Assembly (NCBI GenBank): GCA_963828525.1
Contig: CAWHEP010000011.1
Span: 189,133 to 253,132 of the forward strand
DNA length: 64,000 nucleotides
Direction: 5' to 3'
Source of the DNA: an uncultured Verrucomicrobiae bacterium
GTDB taxonomy: Bacteria; Verrucomicrobiota; Verrucomicrobiia; Chthoniobacterales; Chthoniobacteraceae
Shown piece by piece: positions 11,071 through 20,439 of the stretch. Position 1 is the stretch's first letter, and each line of letters starts with the position of its first letter. The notes under the pieces are model-generated. The model saw only the letters and a list, made by a program, of their open reading frames with translations. It had not been told where the DNA came from and did not search any database. A program made the position numbers and the translations under genes.

Positions 11071-11458
11071 ACGCCGAACTGGCCCACGCAACACATCGAC
11101 GGCATCGAATCGGCTTGTCTGCCTTCCCCGAAGTTGCATGAGGCTATCGCGGCGGAAGCGGTGGTGCTTGTGAAGGAGCGGTTTGAGGAGCGAGCCGGGA
11201 GCGAGCAGAACACGCTGAAGCGTAAGCCCTGGTTGCCATTCGCTTTTAACGCGGGGGTGGGGATCCACACTTTGGAAAAGCATGGGATCGCGGAGGCGCG
11301 CCGGCTGGCGATCGCCCTTGCGAAAGGAAAGATTGTGCTCCGTCCCGGCGACGCAACAAAGCGCTTAGTCCCCTACGAATAATACACGGCAGTGCTAGTG
11401 AAAGAAAAGAGCGCCTCGGCTTGGGCGCTCAGTGGTTACCAAAAAAGGGGAGGCGGGT
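11071..11458 (+). repeat. Repeat A copy 2: 3' end of an unknown gene (stop 11382) + hairpin + 16-bp junction motif
   Basis: Open frame TPNWPTQHIDGIESACLP...LVPYE*; ends in AAAAGGGGAGGCGGGT (11443-11458). Confidence 0.8.
11401..11430 (-). terminator. Rho-independent terminator (minus-strand transcription)
   Basis: GAGCGCC/GGCGCTC stem followed on the minus strand by TTTTCTTT. Confidence 0.65.
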
Positions 11459-11710
11459 TTTTCCGTCCGCTGCCGTGAAAACTGCGATATGTCGCAGGCG
11501 CGGGCCGTCCTTGGTGTTCTCGCGCCAGATCTCTGTAGGGCGTTCCACCGTCGCTTCGATGTGCGGCAGAAATTCGGGCCGCGCCGACTGAGTTTCCTTT
11601 TCCAGATGCGCCTTCAGGCGAGAGCCAAAGCCGATTGTGTTTCCGATGGGGTCCAGAACCTCGTTTACCGTCTTCCCCGCGATCCGCTTATCGGGGAATC
11701 CGCCGGGAAC
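11453..11710 (-). pseudogene. PBECR2-like (Barnase/EndoU/Colicin/RelE) nuclease domain fragment of a phage head protein
   Basis: Manual translation VLDPIGNTIGFG...ARPEFLPHIEATVERPTEIWRE...RLRHIAVF; no start codon of its own. Confidence 0.5.
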
Positions 11711-11832
11711 GAGCGTTGCACAGGAGTCTCGCTCGAAAACGTCAGCGGCACCGTCCGCTTTGCCGTGTCGGTTGACCCGCGCTCCAGTTCAAAGCTGCGA
11801 TATTGGTTCGGAAACTTGATTACCTGGGTCAC
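11707..11832 (-). pseudogene. N-terminal fragment of phage prohead protease/capsid protein
   Basis: GTG start, MTQVIKFPNQYRSFELERG...KRTVPLTFSSETPVQRSF resembles the RTVxLSFSSExPVxR motif; TTGACA 14 nt upstream. Confidence 0.6.
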
Positions 11833-11896
11833 ATCGCCGCAGGGCTTGTCAACGTTTTCAGCAGGTGCTAGTGTTACGGCGATGCTATCGCGCCTC

Positions 11897-12175
11897 GTTG
11901 GCAGCGACTATAGGCGGTCGGCAGCAGTGGGAGCGGCTGCCGCGCTTTGCCACTGACTTTCTCCAAGTCAATAGTTCGCGTAGAAAAGTTTCCCTTTGCG
12001 CCATCCGTTCACGGAAGTCTGAGTTTTCGGAGTTCCGGTAATGATGTTTCCCGTCGTCTCGCCGATCTGATGCGACACGACACCGAAACTGGTTGAGCCG
12101 GTGAATGTCTACGTTACATCCGGTTCTACGCAGGTAGCCCTACAGTTTGGTGCAGGCTACCTGGTTGCCGCCAAC
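11897..12175 (-). ncRNA. Candidate ~280-nt large structured ncRNA (unassigned)
   Basis: 5' and 3' ends pair; nested long-range stem CGTAGAA/TTCTACG; at least 7 local hairpins; sigma70 promoter with predicted +1 at the first paired base. Confidence 0.6.
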
Positions 12176-12228
12176 GAGTCGATACTACGCCCCTTTTCGC
12201 GTCCGAGCAATCAAATGCTCGCAAACGC
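12094..12228 (-). repeat. Repeat B copy 2
   Basis: 135-bp match to 10391-10525. Confidence 0.95.
12182..12221 (-). promoter_or_regulatory. Sigma70 promoter with overlapping operator-like palindrome
   Basis: TTGCTC-17 nt-TAGTAT; CGAGCA-N6-TGCTCG palindrome (12204-12221) covers the -35. Confidence 0.6.
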
Positions 12229-12277
12229 AGGGCGCTGGCATCGTTTTGATAAAACCCGTTCCACTCGCATGGCTGTT

Positions 12278-12802
12278 TCATAGCGGGCGTCGCCACTCGT
12301 CGGTGTCGCTCACAAACGCCTCTCGCGCGTTTTGCTCCTTCTCCTCCTCGGTGAATGTATAAGCCTCGAACCCCTCGAAGATGCTACCGTAATCGGGGTT
12401 CACTTCCGTATCCATAATGACTCCATCGATGACATGGCCTTCGCGTACGATGGCGTAACCCTTTGTAGCAAAAACGGGAGCATGAGGCCGGGGAGCGTCA
12501 ACTGTGAAACGAAGCACTCGGTCTCCGTCTCGAACCCTGGCTTCCACCCACCTGAACATTTCCAGCGAATCGCTGCGACGAGGATCACTTGCGGTCGCAT
12601 ATTGGCGCAGGAATTCGCTTTTCACTTCCTCAAATCCGACTTCCCCGCCCAAAAGGATGCTTTCTCCGCCCGCTCTCCGCTCCAGGCTCTGGGGCGCGTG
12701 GGGCATGCAGTAGCCCTCAGTGCGATTCGCCGTTGTCACCAGAATCCTCCTGCCACAGAATTTGCACGTTGTTACGGGTTCCTCTGGCCAGCGATCGTTC
12801 AT
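12278..12802 (-). CDS. Hypothetical protein with N-terminal zinc-ribbon-like motif
   Basis: CKFCG...TANRTEGYCMPH; intact ORF with ATG. Confidence 0.65.
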   Translation of the reverse strand: MNDRWPEEPVTTCKFCGRRILVTTANRTEGYCMPHAPQSLERRAGGESILLGGEVGFEEVKSEFLRQYATASDPRRSDSLEMFRWVEARVRDGDRVLRFTVDAPRPHAPVFATKGYAIVREGHVIDGVIMDTEVNPDYGSIFEGFEAYTFTEEEKEQNAREAFVSDTDEWRRPL

Positions 12803-13070
12803 TTCTGAAATTTATGCGCAATTACTCAGGCGGAGAAGAGATTTAAAGCGCGAACATTCCGGGGTAAAGGAGCCTCGCCGAGGCGTCCGTGCGTCTAAAC
12901 GCAACCCCGATCGCTCCAACCCGCCGCATTAAGAGCCCTGTGAATGCCGTTCTGCCGACGCCAGGCACTTTCAGCTTTGCAGCGCGTATCCCCAAAGCTA
13001 ACCTCCGGAGCATCCTACCGGCGGACACAACAGGTGTTTCTCAATTCCGATGGAAAACCGTCACCCGATC

Positions 13071-13160
13071 ATGTTGGAACAATCCTTTAGAAACATGGGC
13101 GATGTTCTCTGGAAAGAGGCCGGTTGCACCACGGAACTGGACTATACCGAGCAGCTATGA
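13071..13160 (+). pseudogene. hsdM: Type I R-M methyltransferase (HsdM) 5' remnant
   Basis: Manual translation MLEQSFRNMGDVLWKEAGCTTELDYTEQL*, matching an HsdM N-terminus. Confidence 0.7.
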
Positions 13161-13163
13161 GGA

Positions 13164-13890
13164 ATGGGAATAATAGGAAGAATGGGGAATAAGGGGGAGC
13201 AATGAAACGCATGCTTCGCCTAAGTCCCAGACTTCCCATGACGCGGAGCGGCTGCTGCCTCCGCGTGGCGACTACCGGACGCTGCACTCGTTCCAAAAGG
13301 CGGAGGTGATCTACGACCTCACTTTTCGCTTTGCCTACAAGCATCTCGCGAAGGGTGACCGAACTGTTGATCAGATGATTCAGTCGGCGAGGTCGGGCAA
13401 AAAGAACATCCTGGAGGGCAGCAAGGCGGCGGTGACTTCGAAGGAAACGGAAATCAAGCTGACGAATGTGGGCCGGGCCAGTCTTGAGGAATTGCTGGAC
13501 GACTTCAAAGATTTTCTCCGCGCTCGCGACCTCCCGATGTGGGGCAAGGACTCCAAGGAGGCGCTCTATGTCCGCCAACTGGGGCGGGAAATTCCCCAAA
13601 CCTACGAACTTTACCGCGTGTTTGTGGAGACCCGGCAGGCAGAAACGGTGGCCAACATTGCCATCTGCCTGATCCATCAAGCCAACTATCTCATTGATCA
13701 GCAGCTCCGCCGGCTGGAAGCGGAATTTGTTGAACAGGGCGGATTACGAGAGCGCATGACCCGGGTCAGGCTTGCCTCGCGGAGTCGGACTTCGGAGGTG
13801 ACCAAGAATTGCGGCGCATCCGGCCCTCCGTTAGGGCGCGAAGAGCCCGACAAGATCAAGTCTAGCGGTTTCGCTGGCTATGATCGCTAA
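13164..13890 (+). CDS. Four-helix-bundle protein with suffix domain (23S rRNA IVP-like)
   Basis: LLPPRGDYRTLHSFQKAEVIYD...DQMIQSARSGKKNILEG...GGLRERMTR; start needs a 1-nt indel in the G-run near 13195. Confidence 0.8.
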
Positions 13891-13939
13891 CGTTGAAGAA
13901 GTCGGTGCAACACGGAAAACTTTCCGTTAAACTTCCCCC

Positions 13940-14365
13940 ATGGCACAGGACCCTGACGTGCGCTGGCGGCAGCGTCTGCACAACTTTCGCAAAGCTTTTA
14001 CCCAGCTATCGAAGGCGGCGGATACGGCTCGGGAACGGAAATTATCCGATCTGGAACAGCAAGGGCTTATTCAAGCCTTCGAGTTCACGCATGAACTTGG
14101 TTGGAACACTCTGAAAGACTTCTTGGAATCTCGCGGCGTCGCAAAACTCTACGGCTCCAAAGACGCGACTCGCGAAGCTGTCGGGAGGGGATTGATCGAA
14201 AACGGGGAGGCGTGGATGGCTATGATCCAGAGTCGCAACCAGACCACTCACACCTACGACGAGGACACTGCCAATGAGATTGCCAGGATGATTCTTCACA
14301 GCTATGTGTCCGAATTCGGGACGTTTCTCCAAAAGTTCACCGAGCTCGAGGCAGCCGAAACATGA
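13940..14365 (+). CDS. HEPN toxin-like nucleotidyltransferase substrate-binding protein (HI0074 family)
   Basis: GLIQAFEFTHELGW; RNQTTHTY (RX4H + Tyr). Confidence 0.9.
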   Translation: MAQDPDVRWRQRLHNFRKAFTQLSKAADTARERKLSDLEQQGLIQAFEFTHELGWNTLKDFLESRGVAKLYGSKDATREAVGRGLIENGEAWMAMIQSRNQTTHTYDEDTANEIARMILHSYVSEFGTFLQKFTELEAAET

Positions 14366-14679
14366 CGGCAACTCACGGACTTTCGGACGGAACGGTAGCG
14401 CGAATTGCCGAAGTGTTGACCCGCTTCCCGCAGGTGGAAAGAGCGTTGCTTTTCGGTTCCCGCGCGAAGGCAACACATAGGCCGGGATCCGATATAGACC
14501 TGGCTCTTGTCGGGAGCCAGCTCGATTTGCAGACCCTGGGCAGGATTGATGACGGTCTGGATGATCTGCTGCTGCCATACCGGTTCAGTCTGTTGATTTA
14601 CGGCGAGGCCACAGGTTCCGAAATCGCGGCGCACATCCGCCGCGTTGGAGTGCCCTTTTTCGACAAACAGGAGGCGTAG
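14362..14679 (+). CDS. Minimal nucleotidyltransferase (MNT) antitoxin
   Basis: FGSRAK...SDIDL (GSX10DXD); overlaps HEPN stop (ATGA). Confidence 0.9.
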   Translation: MTATHGLSDGTVARIAEVLTRFPQVERALLFGSRAKATHRPGSDIDLALVGSQLDLQTLGRIDDGLDDLLLPYRFSLLIYGEATGSEIAAHIRRVGVPFFDKQEA

Positions 14680-17041
14680 TGGCAGCCGGACTGCTATTGC
14701 TAGGAGCATCAGAACCAGAAGGACGCGAGAAGACTTGGATGAGCGCGAAATCGAAACGGGGCTGAGGCTTGGCGCGCGGCCTGTCGCAGAAGATCGAGTC
14801 CTCGGACCTCCGCCGCGGGATCGGCGCGCCGCTGGCATTTGCGTCCTGCTTGTCGGGTTCGTTTTTGTTGTTTTCGGGCAGACGGCGCGCTTCGGTTTCG
14901 TCAACTATGATGACAACTCATACGTCTATGAGAACCAAATCGTGCAGCGGGGCCTTTCAGTGGACGGAGTGTCGTGGGCGCTGCGGTATGGAGGCATTGG
15001 GCATTGGCATCCGTTAACATGGGTGACCCACATGCTGGACTACCAGCTTTTTGGAATGTGGGCAGGGGGACATCACCTGACGAATGTTCTTCTCCATGCC
15101 ATCGCGGCGGTGTTGCTCTTCCTTACGTTTGCGCGGATGACGGGAGCGCTCTGGCGATGCGCTTTTGTCGCCGCGGCGTGGGCCATTCATCCATTGCGCG
15201 CGGAGTCCGTTGCCTGGATTTCCGAGCGGAAGGACGTGCTTTCCGGAGTATTTTTCATGCTGACGCTGGCCGCCTACACGCGCTACGCGCGGCGGCCCGC
15301 TGTGGGTGGTTACCTCCTGGTGGCGCTGCTTTTTGCCTTGGGGTTGCTCTCCAAGGGCATGCTGGTGACCCTGCCATGTTTGCTGCTGCTGCTGGATTAC
15401 TGGCCGCTCCGTCGCGCGGGATATTCGTTTCCCAGCCTGCTGAAGGAGAAAATTCCGCTGCTCGGGCTCTCGGCCATCTCTTGCGCGGCCACGTGGTTGT
15501 CGCCCGAAAAAATCGACGCGGCCGCGCGCCTCCCGCTCTGGCTGCGGATCGAAAATTGCCTTGATTCGTACTGCGTGTATCTGCGGCAAACCATCTGGCC
15601 AGCAGATCTTGCCGTCGTATATCCGAATCCTACCCAGGCTTTCCCCTTGTGGGGACTCGCGGGGTCATTTGTGCTTCTTTGCGGTGTTTCAGTCGCGGCA
15701 TACGCGCTGCGAAAGCAGCGTCCCGCTCTGCTGGCTGGCTGGTTCTGGTTTTTGGGAATGCTTGTTCCTGTCCTCGGCATGGCGCAGATTTCATTCTGCG
15801 CCCATGCTGATCGCTACACGTACCTGCCGCAGATCGGCCTTTTGGTGGCGGCAACCTGGGTCACCGCGGACTGGGCGGGAGAGATCCAGTTTCCGCGCGC
15901 GCTGCTTGCGGGCGCGGCGGGATTGATTCTCTGCGCCCTAGGCATTGCGGCCTGGCATCAGACCTCCTATTGGGAGGGGAGCGCTGCCCTTTGGACCCAC
16001 GCGCTTGGATGCTCGCGGGCCAACTACGTTGCCGAAACGAATTTGGGCCTCGCGCTGGCTCAGACGGGAAATACCGAAGCCGCGGCATCCCATTACCGGG
16101 AAGCCCTGCGAATCAATCCCCGTTACGCGCTTGCACAGTATGACCTTGGGGTGAGCTTGGAGGCGCAAGGTCAAACCGCGGAAGCAATGTCGCGCTATCG
16201 GGAAGCTCTACGGATCGATCCCGCCTGCGCGGAAGCGTATAACAATCTGGGTAATGCTCTTGGAGGGCAGGGGAGAATAGAGGAGGCGATGAACTGCTAC
16301 ACCGAAGCCTTGCGGATTCGTCCCGATTACGCGGATGCCGAAAACAATCGTGGCAATGTCCTGTTTCGGAAGGGGCGCGTCGCCGACGCGATTGCGGCTT
16401 ATGGCGCGGCGTTGCGAATCAATCCGGCGGACGCGGACGCGGCTAATAATATGGGCAACGCCCTGCTTCAGCAGGGGCGGATGGAGGAAGCGATCGTGAG
16501 CTACCGCAACGCTTTGCGGGTTGATAGTCGCTGCGCTGAAGCCGATTTCAACCTCGGCGTCGCGCTGGAGCGGCAAGGCCGCATTGAAGAGGCGATCTCC
16601 AGCTACCGGGAAGCCCTCCGGGTTAACCCTGCCTACGCGGACGCTCACAACAACTTGGGCAATATTTTGCTTTCACAAGGAAAATACGCTGAAGCGATTT
16701 CGCAAGTGGAGAAAGCCCACGAGCTCCAGCCATCCAATATGATCCTCCAGACTAATCTCGCGTCGATGCTCGTGACTGTGCCGCAAGCTTCTTTGCGCGA
16801 CGGAGCCAGAGCGTTGCGACTTGCCGAGCAGGCGAGTCAATCAGCGGGAGGCAACGACCCCCATTCCCTGCGCGTGCTTGCCGCCGCCTGTGCCGAAACA
16901 GGCGCGTTCCCTAAGGCCATCGAAAAAGCGCAGGAAGCCATGCGGCTTGCGGAGGCTCAGTCAGACACGCCCCTCGCCGATGCGCTACGTCGGGAGATCG
17001 AGATTTACCGAGCGGGGCGCCGATGCGTGGATGTCCAGTGA
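14645..17041 (+). CDS. TMTC-like membrane glycosyltransferase with C-terminal TPR array
   Basis: FVNYDD, WHPLTW, HPLRAESVAWISERKDVL, ADRYTYLP, about 8 TPR repeats; true start uncertain. Confidence 0.85.
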   Translation: MECPFSTNRRRSGSRTAIARSIRTRRTREDLDEREIETGLRLGARPVAEDRVLGPPPRDRRAAGICVLLVGFVFVVFGQTARFGFVNYDDNSYVYENQIVQRGLSVDGVSWALRYGGIGHWHPLTWVTHMLDYQLFGMWAGGHHLTNVLLHAIAAVLLFLTFARMTGALWRCAFVAAAWAIHPLRAESVAWISERKDVLSGVFFMLTLAAYTRYARRPAVGGYLLVALLFALGLLSKGMLVTLPCLLLLLDYWPLRRAGYSFPSLLKEKIPLLGLSAISCAATWLSPEKIDAAARLPLWLRIENCLDSYCVYLRQTIWPADLAVVYPNPTQAFPLWGLAGSFVLLCGVSVAAYALRKQRPALLAGWFWFLGMLVPVLGMAQISFCAHADRYTYLPQIGLLVAATWVTADWAGEIQFPRALLAGAAGLILCALGIAAWHQTSYWEGSAALWTHALGCSRANYVAETNLGLALAQTGNTEAAASHYREALRINPRYALAQYDLGVSLEAQGQTAEAMSRYREALRIDPACAEAYNNLGNALGGQGRIEEAMNCYTEALRIRPDYADAENNRGNVLFRKGRVADAIAAYGAALRINPADADAANNMGNALLQQGRMEEAIVSYRNALRVDSRCAEADFNLGVALERQGRIEEAISSYREALRVNPAYADAHNNLGNILLSQGKYAEAISQVEKAHELQPSNMILQTNLASMLVTVPQASLRDGARALRLAEQASQSAGGNDPHSLRVLAAACAETGAFPKAIEKAQEAMRLAEAQSDTPLADALRREIEIYRAGRRCVDVQ

Positions 17042-17164
17042 AGATCACGGCATCCAAACTGGGCCGCGACGCGAGCTTTGCTTCTCCCGTCGCAGATCGG
17101 TGAATTCGTTGTTGGCGCGCTTTTTCTTTCTTTCCCCGGGCGCACTGGGAAAAATGACTCCCCC

Positions 17165-18131
17165 ATGAATCCACCACGCGTCCTTGTCACGACCACTTCG
17201 TTTCAGGATACCCCAGGGATCCACCACGAAATGCTCGCAGCGGCCGGATTTGAAATTGTCCGTGAGCGCGGGCCGCTTTCCGAGGCGAAAATGCTGGAAC
17301 TTGCGGGCCAGTTCGACGCCTATCTCTGCGGCGACGACGCGCTCACACGCGCGGTGATCGCCAAATCGCTCCCGCGCCTAAAGGTGATTTCAAAATATGG
17401 CATCGGCCTCGACAAGATCGATCTTGCCGCCGCCACCGATCTAAAGGTGCCCGTGCTTTTCACGCCGGGTGTGAATCACACCACGGTCGCGGAGCACACC
17501 TTCTGCCTGATGCTTGCCGCCGTGCGCAACCTCGTCGTCGAGGCCAACCATACAGCCGCGGGCCGCTGGACGCGCATCACCGGCAACGAGGTTTGCGGCA
17601 AGACGCTCGCCATCATCGGCTTCGGCCGCATTGGCAAGGAGGTCGCGATCCGCGCCCGCGCTTTCGGCCTCAACGTTCTCGGTTACGGTAACTACTGGGA
17701 CGAGGATTTTGCCCGCTGGTATGGCATCGAGCGCGTTGAAAAGTTCGAGGACGCCCTCCGCCGCGCCGATATTATCACGCTCCATACCAAGCTGACCGCC
17801 GCGACCAAGGGTCTCATCAACGCGAAAAATTTTCCGCTCATCAAAAAAGGCGCTGTCATTGTGAACACGGGCCGCAGTGACCTGATCGAGCTTCTCCGCG
17901 CTTCTCGAGGCGCTGAAGTCCAGGCATCTCCTGGCCTACGCCGCCGATGTGCTCGACGAGGAGCCGCCGCCCGCCAATCATCCGTTGCTCGGTCTGGACA
18001 ACGTGATCATTACCCCGCACATCGGCTCCCGCACGCATGAGAGCGTGCAGCGGCAGGCGAGTTGCGCGGTCGAAAATCTAACCCTCTTTCTCGCCGGCAA
18101 GAAACCGATCGCGCAGGCAAATCAGGTTTGA
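17165..18131 (+). CDS. D-isomer 2-hydroxyacid dehydrogenase (SerA-like), frameshift near 17890
   Basis: GFGRIG, VNTGR, DVLDEEPP...TPHIG split across two frames. Confidence 0.85.
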
Positions 18132-18172
18132 CACTCTTCTGTCGTCCCCAACGCCAATAATCCTTCGACTCC

Positions 18173-19271
18173 ATGCCCGAAACATTTCACATCGTCCCCG
18201 AATCCCAGCACAACGCCCTCATCGCCGCTTGCTACCAGCATCGCGGCTTCCTCGCCGACGAAGCGGCCGAAGGCGCGCGTTTTTGCGCGGAAGCCTCGCG
18301 CCACGGCATTCGCACGCATAACGGCATCAAGGCCCTTCACCTCGATCACCTCTTCGGCTCCGGCTCGAAAGGGTGCGTGCCCGGCGCACAAGATCGAGGA
18401 GAAGCCGTCGCGTTTCCCTGCGGCGAAGATCTGGAACGCCAATAAAAAGCTCGGCCAATCCACCGCCTATCGCGCCATGGATGAAGCCATCCGTCTCGCC
18501 GATCAATTTGGCGTGGGCACCGTTAGCGTGGACAACGCGTTCCACTATCTGTGGGGCGGCGGGTATGTTATTGATGCCGCGCGGCGGGGATATATCGCCT
18601 ACACCAACTGCACCGCCGCGCTCGCAGAGGTCGTGCCTTTCGGCGGCAAGTTCCCCACGCTCGGCACGAACCCGCATTCGTGGGGTTTTCCCACTACCGA
18701 AGCAGTCGGCTTCCCCATTGTGATCGATTGGGCAACCTCTGTCGTCGCCATGGGCCGCGTCCAGCAACTCAAGCGCGAAGGGAAGCAATTACCGCCGATG
18801 GCTGCCGTGGACAAGGATGGCAACCCGACAACGGACCCCAACCAGGCGGTCTCCCTGCTCCCCTTTGGCGCGCACAAAGGCTATGGCCTCTCCCTCATCA
18901 ACGAGATTGTCGGTGGATTTGTCGGTGGCTCGCTGCCGACCATCCGCAATCGCTGGGACAAAGCTGAGGGCGACAAGGGCAGCTGCGTCTTCTTTTTCCA
19001 GGTCATCCACCCGGAGGCGATCAGCGGCGGGGCTTTTGCGAAAGGCCGCAACCAGTCGCAAAACGTGAAAGCCGTCATTGAAGATGTCCTGGGCCACGGA
19101 AATGAAAAGTGCATGCTGCCCGGCCAGATCGAGGCTACATGGAGCAGGCATAGCGCGGCTGCCGGCGGTCTTCTTTTCAGCGAAGCGGAAATCGCCGCCT
19201 TCAACGAACTGGCCACCGAAAGCGGCCAGCCCTTGTGGGATGTCCAAACCTTTAAGACCGTTGTGATCTAA
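18173..19271 (+). CDS. Ldh_2 (malate/L-lactate dehydrogenase-type) oxidoreductase, frameshift near 18390
   Basis: GIRTHN, LGTNP, LLPFGAHKGYGL. Confidence 0.85.
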
Positions 19272-19315
19272 GCCGACCTGCCACGCATTTAAAAACCCAG
19301 CCGAATCCCCATCCC

Positions 19316-20413
19316 ATGAGTCTCCAAATCAAACCCGCCGATTCCTGCGCTTTCGACCAAATCTCCCTTGGGGAAGTCATGCTCCGTCTCGATCCCGGCG
19401 AGGGACGCATCCGCGCCGCGCGCGAATTCAAGGCTTGGGAAGGCGGCGGTGAATACAACACATCTCGTGGTCTCCGAAAATGCTTCGGCCTCAAGACCGC
19501 CGTTTGCACCGCGTTCGTGGACAACGAAGTGGGCCACCTCGTCGAGGACTTCATCATGCAGGGTGGGGTGGACACCGCCTTCATCAAGTGGCGCGAGGAC
19601 GACGGCATCGGACGCACCGTCCGCAACGGCCTCAACTTTACCGAGCGGGGCTTTGGCATCCGGGGCGCCGTCGGCAACCCGGACCGCGGCAACACGGCTG
19701 CGTCTCAGCTAAAGCCCGGCGACTTCGACTGGGATCACATTTTCGGCAAGCTGGGCGCCCGCTGGTTCCATACCGGTGGCATCTTCGCCGCGCTCTCCGC
19801 GACTACAGCCGAGCTTACTGTCGAGGCAGTGAAAGCCGCGAACAAGCATGGCGCGATTGTCAGCTACGATCTGAATTACCGCCCCTCGCTCTGGAAAACT
19901 ATCGGAGGCTTGAAAAAGGCGCAGGAAGTCAACCGCGAGATCGCTCGTTATGTGGATGTCATGATCGGAAACGAAGAGGATTTCACCGCCTCGCTGGGCT
20001 TCGAAGTGAAAGGCGTGGATCACAACATCAGCGCCATCGAGACGGACGCTTTCAAGGCCATGATCGAAACGGCTGTCGGGGAGTTCAAAAACTTCAAGGT
20101 GGCCGCCACCACGCTTCGGCGCGTCATCACCGCGACAAAAAATGACTGGAGCGCGATTCTTTGGCACGACGGGAAATTCCACGAGAGCCGCAAATATCCC
20201 GAACTCGAGATCCTTGATCGCGTAGGCGGGGGCGATTCTTTTGCGTCGGGCCTGCAATTCGGCTTCCTGACGTTCAATGACGCGCAGAAGGCTGTCGAAT
20301 ATGGCGCGGCTCATGGGGCTCTTGCCTCGACGACCCCGGGTGATACTTCGATGGCTACGCGGAAAGAAGTCGAAAAGACGTTTGCCGGCGGCGGCGCTCG
20401 CGTGGTGCGCTAG
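19316..20413 (+). CDS. PfkB sugar kinase, 2-keto-3-deoxygluconate kinase-like
   Basis: GEVMLRLDP, GGGEYN, DLNYRPSLW, DRVGGGDSF. Confidence 0.9.
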   Translation: MSLQIKPADSCAFDQISLGEVMLRLDPGEGRIRAAREFKAWEGGGEYNTSRGLRKCFGLKTAVCTAFVDNEVGHLVEDFIMQGGVDTAFIKWREDDGIGRTVRNGLNFTERGFGIRGAVGNPDRGNTAASQLKPGDFDWDHIFGKLGARWFHTGGIFAALSATTAELTVEAVKAANKHGAIVSYDLNYRPSLWKTIGGLKKAQEVNREIARYVDVMIGNEEDFTASLGFEVKGVDHNISAIETDAFKAMIETAVGEFKNFKVAATTLRRVITATKNDWSAILWHDGKFHESRKYPELEILDRVGGGDSFASGLQFGFLTFNDAQKAVEYGAAHGALASTTPGDTSMATRKEVEKTFAGGGARVVR

Positions 20414-20439
20414 CAGCGCTCAGCAGTACCCTTCATCTA

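Noticed and set aside
11897..12175. RNase P RNA or group I intron identity for the structured element
   Set aside because: It has a terminal stem and a TATAGTCG stretch, but I find no GAGGAAAGUCC or matching GACUA partner.
11894..12178. MITE with 15-bp terminal inverted repeats
   Set aside because: The second copy shares 50 bp beyond the repeat, including a promoter, and no target-site duplication is evident.
10139..12228. CRISPR array or integron attC array
   Set aside because: Only two copies of each long repeat, irregular spacing, and no cas or intI genes.
13164..13890. DGR accessory (Avd-like) gene implying a diversity-generating retroelement
   Set aside because: No reverse transcriptase in the window, and the repeat differences are not confined to adenines.
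16020..16720. ~102-bp periodic repeats
   Set aside because: These are coding TPR repeats.
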